DNA of 64,000 bases, taken from NCBI GenBank assembly GCA_025558095.1, contig JAIVFI010000028.1:543113-607112 (forward strand), written 5' to 3'. Each line of letters starts with the position of its first letter. Positions within the stretch are counted from its first letter, which is position 1. Below the pieces are notes generated by a model. The model saw nothing but the letters and a program-made list of their open reading frames with translations, was not told the DNA's origin and made no database searches. This DNA comes from Hyaloraphidium curvatum SAG 235-1. Taxonomy: Eukaryota > Fungi > Monoblepharomycota. This document shows positions 58,575 through 64,000 of this stretch, piece by piece. A program made the position numbers and the translations under genes.

Positions 58575-60179
58575 ATGGCCGGCGGCCCCCGCGAGCTCCG
58601 GCCGGCCGTGTTCGTCGACCGCGACGGCACGCTGAACCCTGATGCGGGACACACGCACCGCGCCGAGGATTTTCGGCTGTTCCCCGGCGCCGCGGACGCG
58701 CTGCGGCGACTCGCGGGGAGGGGCTTCCTGCTCGCGGTGGTGACGAACCAGGGGGGCATCGGGCGGGGGCTCTACACGGAGGGGCACTTCGAGGCGGTCA
58801 CGGACCACATGCATTCGCTGCTGGCGGCGGAGGGCGCGCGGGTCGACGCGGTGGTGCACTGTCCCCACGCGCCCGACGCGCGGTGCCGCTGCCGGAAACC
58901 CGAGCCGGGCATGTTCGTGGCCGCTGCTACCAGTCTCAGCATCGACCTCGCGGCTTCGTTTGCCGTGGGCGACCGGCCATCGGACCTCATCGCCGCGCGC
59001 ACCGCGGGGATCCCCCGGTGCGCGCTCGTGCACTGCGGCGAGCCGCTGCCCTTTGCCGCGGACCGGCACGCCGATTTCGCGGGCGACGACCTCTCCGCCG
59101 CCGCCCGCTGGATCCTTTCCTTCCCGCCGCCCTCTCCCCGCCTCCCCGCCCACCCCTCCCGCGCCCTCGCCCGCGCGCCCCTCCGCGTCGGCCTCGCGGG
59201 GGGCGGCACCGACGTCCCCCCCTTCCCCTCGCTGCACGGCGGCGCCGCCCTCGCCCTCGCCATCTCCCTCTCCGCCCGCGCGGAGGTGTGCCTCCTGCCC
59301 CCGGGGTCCCCGTGCCGCTTCCTCACCCCGGACCTCGGCCAGTCCCTCTCGCACGACCCGTCGGAGCTCGCCCTCCCCCCGTCGGATTCGCCGTGCCTCC
59401 TCCCCCTTGCCGCTTATCGGCACTTTGCCCTCCTCCGCGGCCCATTTTCCTGCCTCGCCTCGATCCGCTCGGACGCGCCGCCGGGCTCCGGTTTAGGCGG
59501 ATCCTCCGCGTGCCTGGTGGCCCTCGTTAGGGGGTTTGCGGCGGTCTTGGGAATCCCAATGTCGGCGCGGGAGGTCGCCGAGGCGTGCTGCACGATCGAG
59601 AGGGGGGACCTGGCGATGCCGGGAGGCGGGCAGGACGCGTTTTCGGCGGCATCCGGTGGGGTGAACCTTTTCACGTTTCCCAAGGGAGAGGGAGAGATCG
59701 GCATACGGAGGATCATCCCGGGGCAACGCACGGTCGAGGGGCTGGAGGGATTGGTGCTTCGGTGCTCCGGGGCGGGGCGGCCGCCCGGGACGGGGCACGC
59801 CGCTCGGGCCGACCGGGACGCGCTGGACCACGGGGAGGAGGAGGCGCTGCTGCGGATGAAGGGCGCGGCGCTGGCGGCCGCGGACGCGCTCGAACGGGAC
59901 GACTGGCCGGCTGCGGCGGCCGCGATCGCCGCGTCGTGGTCGGCCAAGCCCTCGGGCGGGAGCGTTCCGGCGGTCGTCGCGGCGCTCGGGGCCGGTGCGG
60001 CAGCTGCCAAGGTGTGCGGCGCGGGGGGCGGCGGGTTCGCCGTCGCGCTGTGCGGGGCGGAGGCGAGGGAGGCGGTGGAGCGGGCGCTGGCGGAGGCGTC
60101 GTCGGCCGGTTGGACGGTTCCGGTGAGGCTGGCGTTCGCGGGTGCGACGGCGGAGATCGCACCCCCCGACGGGCCGTAG
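58575..60179 (+). CDS. gmhB-hddA: Fusion of GmhB (heptose-1,7-bisphosphate phosphatase, HAD) and HddA (heptose-7-phosphate kinase, GHMP)
   Basis: AVFVDRDGTLN, VTNQGGIGRG, CPH...CRCRKPEPGM, VGDRPSD; then RAPLRVGLAGGGTD, PPGSGLGGSS, IER..L...GGGQD, KVCGAGGGGF in one ORF. Confidence 0.92.
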   Translation: MAGGPRELRPAVFVDRDGTLNPDAGHTHRAEDFRLFPGAADALRRLAGRGFLLAVVTNQGGIGRGLYTEGHFEAVTDHMHSLLAAEGARVDAVVHCPHAPDARCRCRKPEPGMFVAAATSLSIDLAASFAVGDRPSDLIAARTAGIPRCALVHCGEPLPFAADRHADFAGDDLSAAARWILSFPPPSPRLPAHPSRALARAPLRVGLAGGGTDVPPFPSLHGGAALALAISLSARAEVCLLPPGSPCRFLTPDLGQSLSHDPSELALPPSDSPCLLPLAAYRHFALLRGPFSCLASIRSDAPPGSGLGGSSACLVALVRGFAAVLGIPMSAREVAEACCTIERGDLAMPGGGQDAFSAASGGVNLFTFPKGEGEIGIRRIIPGQRTVEGLEGLVLRCSGAGRPPGTGHAARADRDALDHGEEEALLRMKGAALAAADALERDDWPAAAAAIAASWSAKPSGGSVPAVVAALGAGAAAAKVCGAGGGGFAVALCGAEAREAVERALAEASSAGWTVPVRLAFAGATAEIAPPDGP

Positions 60180-60236
60180 ATTTCTCGGCAATGCGAGCTC
60201 GTGACGTAACCTGCCCCCTGGCAGTTCACACTGGCC

Positions 60237-61502
60237 TCATCCTTCGCCCACAACGCGGTCCCTCGCAACGCCGCCCGCCAGCAGCCCCTCCAGCTCGCAC
60301 GCGTGCAGCCCTCCCGCGAACCCCTCGACGTCCCCCCGCCCGTACGACACCGCGTACCAGTCCCCCACCCGCGACAGTCCGGAGAGGAACCCCTGCCCGC
60401 TCTCGGGCCCGAACGCGCGGAACGGCCGTCCGGCGCGCAGCAACGCGTACGGCGGGAGCGCCGAGAACGAGTAGGCAAAGAAGTGGTACACGTTGGGCCA
60501 GGTGCCATTGTCAAAATGCCCGATCGCGACGCGTTCGGTAGGGGAGTGGGGGACACCCTGCGAGCCGCCGTGGACCTCAGCGGAGGGGACGCCGAGCTGG
60601 GCGGCCAGACCGGGAAAGGAGGTCCGCGCGACCTCGTCGCAGGCTCCGGTGCGGTCAATGTCGCAGCGGAGGACGACGTGCGGGTCGAGGGAGTAGGAGA
60701 GGAGGAGCTCGCCCACGCGGGACACGAAGGGGATCCAGTTGCGCTCCGTCGGGCGCATGTTGGGGGTCGAGAGGTAGACAACCGAACGCGGGGCAAGCTT
60801 CGGCACGCTCTCTTCGGCAGACGACGCGCCGTTGGGGAAGCTCAGCGCCAGCAGTTCTTCGAGGTCCGCGAGCACGGCGGCAATGCGCTGCGACGCGCAC
60901 GCGCGCGGGTGCGGCGACTTGGCGAGAACGAGCAGCCGCCCGTCAGGCAGCACGACGGGCCGCGGATCCAGATAGCCGTGGTACGGCGCGAGCGGGCACT
61001 CGCTGCGCTCCGAGGGGTGCGGCGCCGCGTCGAGGTGCACGAAGCGGCCCGGCTCGAGGTCCGCCAGACGCCCGCGGAAACGGAATTCCGGCGTGCGGGG
61101 GAAGCGGAAGGCGCGCAACACAACAAAAAAGTTCCCCTGCGGCGGCCACTTCTCGCCCTCGCGCGTCGGGGTCGAGCCGTTGAACGAGGCACGGAACGCG
61201 ACCAGCGCGAATCCCCGTTGGGAGAGCACCTCCGCGTCCTCCGCGGCCACCGACGGATTCGCGAGCAATATCCACGGCGGAAGAGCAGGGAAACGCGGCG
61301 GCACATCGTCCAGCCGCGATTCGGAGGCGGCGAGGGCGGCGGGGATGCCCGAAGGGAGCAGCGGCGTGCGGAGGCCCGGCGGGAGCGCGCAGACCGCCGG
61401 CGCCGGTGCCGCATCGAACGAAGACACTGGGGAGCGAAGGATGAGCCAGGCCGCGGCGAGGGCGGCGGCGGCGGCCACGGGGAGCACGCGGTAGCGCGGC
61501 AT
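60237..61502 (-). CDS. Five-bladed beta-propeller glyco-enzyme (GH130/GT91/GT108-like mannosyltransferase or phosphorylase) with signal anchor
   Basis: NPSV, LDPR, ERNWIPF, YSLDPH, HGGS, FLSGL...SYGRGD motifs; hydrophobic N-terminus. Confidence 0.7.
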   Translation of the reverse strand: MPRYRVLPVAAAAALAAAWLILRSPVSSFDAAPAPAVCALPPGLRTPLLPSGIPAALAASESRLDDVPPRFPALPPWILLANPSVAAEDAEVLSQRGFALVAFRASFNGSTPTREGEKWPPQGNFFVVLRAFRFPRTPEFRFRGRLADLEPGRFVHLDAAPHPSERSECPLAPYHGYLDPRPVVLPDGRLLVLAKSPHPRACASQRIAAVLADLEELLALSFPNGASSAEESVPKLAPRSVVYLSTPNMRPTERNWIPFVSRVGELLLSYSLDPHVVLRCDIDRTGACDEVARTSFPGLAAQLGVPSAEVHGGSQGVPHSPTERVAIGHFDNGTWPNVYHFFAYSFSALPPYALLRAGRPFRAFGPESGQGFLSGLSRVGDWYAVSYGRGDVEGFAGGLHACELEGLLAGGVARDRVVGEG

Positions 61503-61953
61503 TGGTGGCCCGGGGCGGGACGGCCGTACCGGATACCGCGCGCCCCCCCCGGGCCCGAATCAGTGCCAGCGTCCGAATCGAGCTGCAAGCGCTGCACGAT
61601 GCGTTGGAACGCTTCCGAACGAGCCGAAAATTACACTCAGAGAGTTGGCATCCGCGATGGGAGGGTCACAAAGGAGTGCGGGGAATGAGTACTAGACTGG
61701 GACAAGACCGACTTTCGGCGCCAGCAATCCGTTGGGCGGCTGCACGGGCACTGGAAGGAGGTAGTGGAAGGAGGGCTAGCCACCCGCCGAGCTCCGCTAA
61801 TCCTCCCACTGGACAACGTCCAGCAGGGCTACTGTCATGACGGGGGGCGGAAGCCCCGTGTAGACCTGTCTTGACGACGTTGAGGAGTCACTACACAGCA
61901 CTGCGCCTAGTCTTCCCTATGGCGGGTGCGTCCAGGATTATGCATAATCCCTA

Positions 61954-63733
61954 CAGTCCGGTGCGGGGTACTTGAGCGGCAAACTTCCAAACACAACTTC
62001 GTCTCGTTCCCCACACACCAATTACATCGTTTTCGCCTAGAAAATCTACAGAGACGCGTCCAATAGAGCCGCCTGCACGGCAGTGGGGCTGGGGTTTCGC
62101 CCGGCTTGGATTTCGGCCCAGGCGTCGGCGTTCATTGCCAGCGCTAGAGCGACCTCCGCGTCAAACTCCTCGTCCAGCGCTTCCTGGACCGTCACAGCCA
62201 ATCCGTCGCTTTCATCTTCATCGTCCTCGTCGGGAATGGGCTGGACGGCGTCCCCAGAATCGTCCGCATCGCTCTCGAGCTCGTTGTCGACGACCATCTC
62301 TGCGGTCCGAAAAGAGCGACTGCGAGGCTCCGGCGGCACCAGAGCTGCCTCCTCCTCATCGTCATCGTCAATGTGAATGACCATGGTTGCATCCTGGCGG
62401 CGGTACTCGTCCTCTTCCTTCTCAGCATGAATGACGAGCCTCTCCCATGCGGCAGCATCCACCAGCGCAAACCCCTCCTCCAGAAGGACCTTGACGTCGG
62501 CAAACTTGCGCGACTCGTTGTTCTCAGCAACGCGGTTCTTTGCGCGGGCCCACGCAAGCTCGATGGGGTTCAGTTTGGGGTGGTACGGGGGAAGGAAGTG
62601 GAGGTAGATGTCGAACTCGAGTGCCAGCTGGTCAATGAAGCGTTCCGGCTGGTATCCGAGCTCCTGCAGCAGCTTGCGAAGGTCCTTGACGGTAAAGCCG
62701 CCTCCAGTCTTCGTTTTGCGCGCCGTGAGCTGCTCCATTGTGTAAAGAGTCGTGCCCATGTCCATGATGGCCTTGGCGAGATCTGCCTTCTTGGTCAGCT
62801 GCGAGATCCGTTTTTGACCCTCCACAGGTGCAATGTGGTACGCAGCATTGTCCATGTGTACGTGGATCTCGCCCTCCGGGTCCTTTTTGCGCATCTTCCG
62901 AAATGCACCCCGAGCCCACTCTTCAAAGTGCCTCGCATTCATGGATCCGTGGTAATCCGCCAGCTTATGATCGCCCTGGAACACTTTGGGAGGCTCGAGC
63001 CATCCGTATCTCGATCCACAGCCGATGATGCACCACCGCTTTCCGTACCCGTCCGGGTGGGGAACCTCATCGCCGGGACGATACCAGGTAAAGTTGCTGA
63101 CGTGATTTTGATGGACGTACGATTCATCGAGCCAGTACTGGGGTGAAGAGTCAGCAGGAGCTCAGAACAGCAGCGAGGGAGGGACTTACCGAGACGACTT
63201 TCTTGTCGGGCTCCTTCTCCCCTTTGCGAATCCGGTACCGCTCTCGCAGGTACTCATACCGCCGCACATGGATGTTTGGAGTCATGACAACGATCTTGTG
63301 GCCTCCAATCTCCTTGTATCCGAAGCCCAGGTGCTTGCAGAGGGCACGCACGTATCGAAGACTGAAGAATCGGTTGAATTCCCGCACCATTTCCTTCTGT
63401 AGCTTCTTGGTACGGACACGGCACATTGCCCTGTGCTGTTTGCTGACGTAGTCGATGACAAATGCGTTCCATTCCGTCGTCGTGTTGAAGGTTCGATCAG
63501 ATCTGCGGTCCGCCCACAAGGCCACCTTGCCGCTCCTTTCAAACTCGTTGTACAGCTGCCTGATGGTCCCTTCCGAGGCCCCAACCATCTGCGCAACCTT
63601 TTTGACTGGATCACCGACTCCCATGGCCTTCTTGTGGTGTAGAATCCGGAGGTATGCTTTCCGGAGGTCGTATGACAGCGGTTCTCCGGGCTTCCTGTTT
63701 AGCACTTCGGGGATGCCGAGCATTCTGATATTC
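61954..63733 (-). mobile_element. IS630/Tc1/mariner-type DNA transposon with long DD96E spacer (Sailor-like), 5'-truncated
   Basis: Transposase gene inside; putative end TA|CAGT at 61952-61957; no matching terminus upstream of the ORF. Confidence 0.75.
62046..63723 (-). CDS. DDE transposase; intron 63138-63189
   Basis: HTH-like N-terminus, LGFGYK, YWLDESYVH, DYHGSMN, MDNAAYH, LPPYHPKLNPIELAW; GTAAGT..CTGAC..CAG intron. Confidence 0.9.
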
Positions 63734-63884
63734 TCCCCTCCGCTGAGGTCCACGGCGGCTCGCAGGGTGTCCCCCACTCCCCTACCGAACGCGTCGCGAT
63801 CGGGCATTTTGACAATGGCACCTGGCCCAACGTGTACCACTTCTTTGCCTACTCGTTCTCGGCGCTCCCGCCGTACGCGTTGCT
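63734..63884 (+). repeat. 151-bp perfect inverted copy of 60439-60589
   Basis: Base-by-base reverse complement; the paired endpoints both sum to 124323. Confidence 0.95.
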
Positions 63885-64000
63885 TTAGGGTTAGGTTAGG
63901 TTAGGTTAGGGTTAGGGTTAGGTTAGGTTAGGTTAGGTTAGGTTAGGTTAGGTTAGGTTAGGTTAGGTTAGGTTAGGTAGGTTAGGTTAGGTTAGGTTAG
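63885..64000 (+). repeat. Telomeric repeat, mostly TTAGG with three TTAGGG units and one TAGG
   Basis: Direct reading; G-rich strand runs toward the contig end. Confidence 0.97.

Noticed and set aside
49295-61502. Bacterial contamination as the explanation for the heptose cluster
   Set aside because: No operon structure, eukaryote-type signal anchors, and flanked by intron-containing genes and a telomere whose adjacent patch is copied from the cluster; read-level confirmation is still advisable
63734-63884. Inverted repeat 60439-60589 / 63734-63884 as transposon TIRs
   Set aside because: The repeat is internal coding sequence of an uninterrupted gene and has no target-site duplication
1-64000. 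Hundreds of long Arg/Pro/Gly/Ala-rich ORFs in the six-frame track
   Set aside because: Shadow ORFs expected at very high GC; they overlap recognisable genes in other frames and have no motifs
1-64000. Genome-wide TAG reassignment (alternative genetic code)
   Set aside because: TAG ends conserved genes at the expected positions (ADH 47780, EthD 26550 and 27996, gmhB-hddA 60177)

Overview
This window is the last 64 kb of a chromosome arm from a very GC-rich, compact eukaryotic genome with short introns. It is almost certainly a fungus, since it carries a fungal-specific TF domain and GT(G/A)-CTRAY-YAG introns. An early-diverging chytrid/monoblepharid-type lineage is my inference. The window ends in a mostly TTAGG telomere. 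Positions 1-48 kb hold a mix of spliced and single-exon genes: eIF5, Cu/Zn SOD, a sterol-desaturase-like protein, a kinase, a hybrid histidine kinase, a TF and many bacterial-type enzymes (Ntn acylase, NylB-like hydrolase, EthD x2, ABM, SDR, MOSC, GT2). The same stretch has two unannotated families: a candidate insect-gustatory-receptor-like 7TM ion channel, and a set of disordered proteins with PP1-docking (RVxF-PhiPhi-R) motifs. Positions 49.3-61.5 kb form an apparently intron-free subtelomeric glycan cluster with alternating gene orientation. It combines bacterial heptose-nucleotide enzymes (a GmhA remnant and a GmhB-HddA fusion) with five signal-anchored glycan-modifying enzymes (GT61, GT92/GT2-like, pyruvyltransferase, GT4, beta-propeller mannosyltransferase-like). 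This cluster is the main candidate for an undescribed system and is partly decaying. The chromosome ends in a 5'-truncated long-spacer (DD96E) Tc1/mariner-type transposon, a 151-bp inverted copy of a cluster gene, and the telomere. Family assignments come from motif recognition by eye; no database searches were run.
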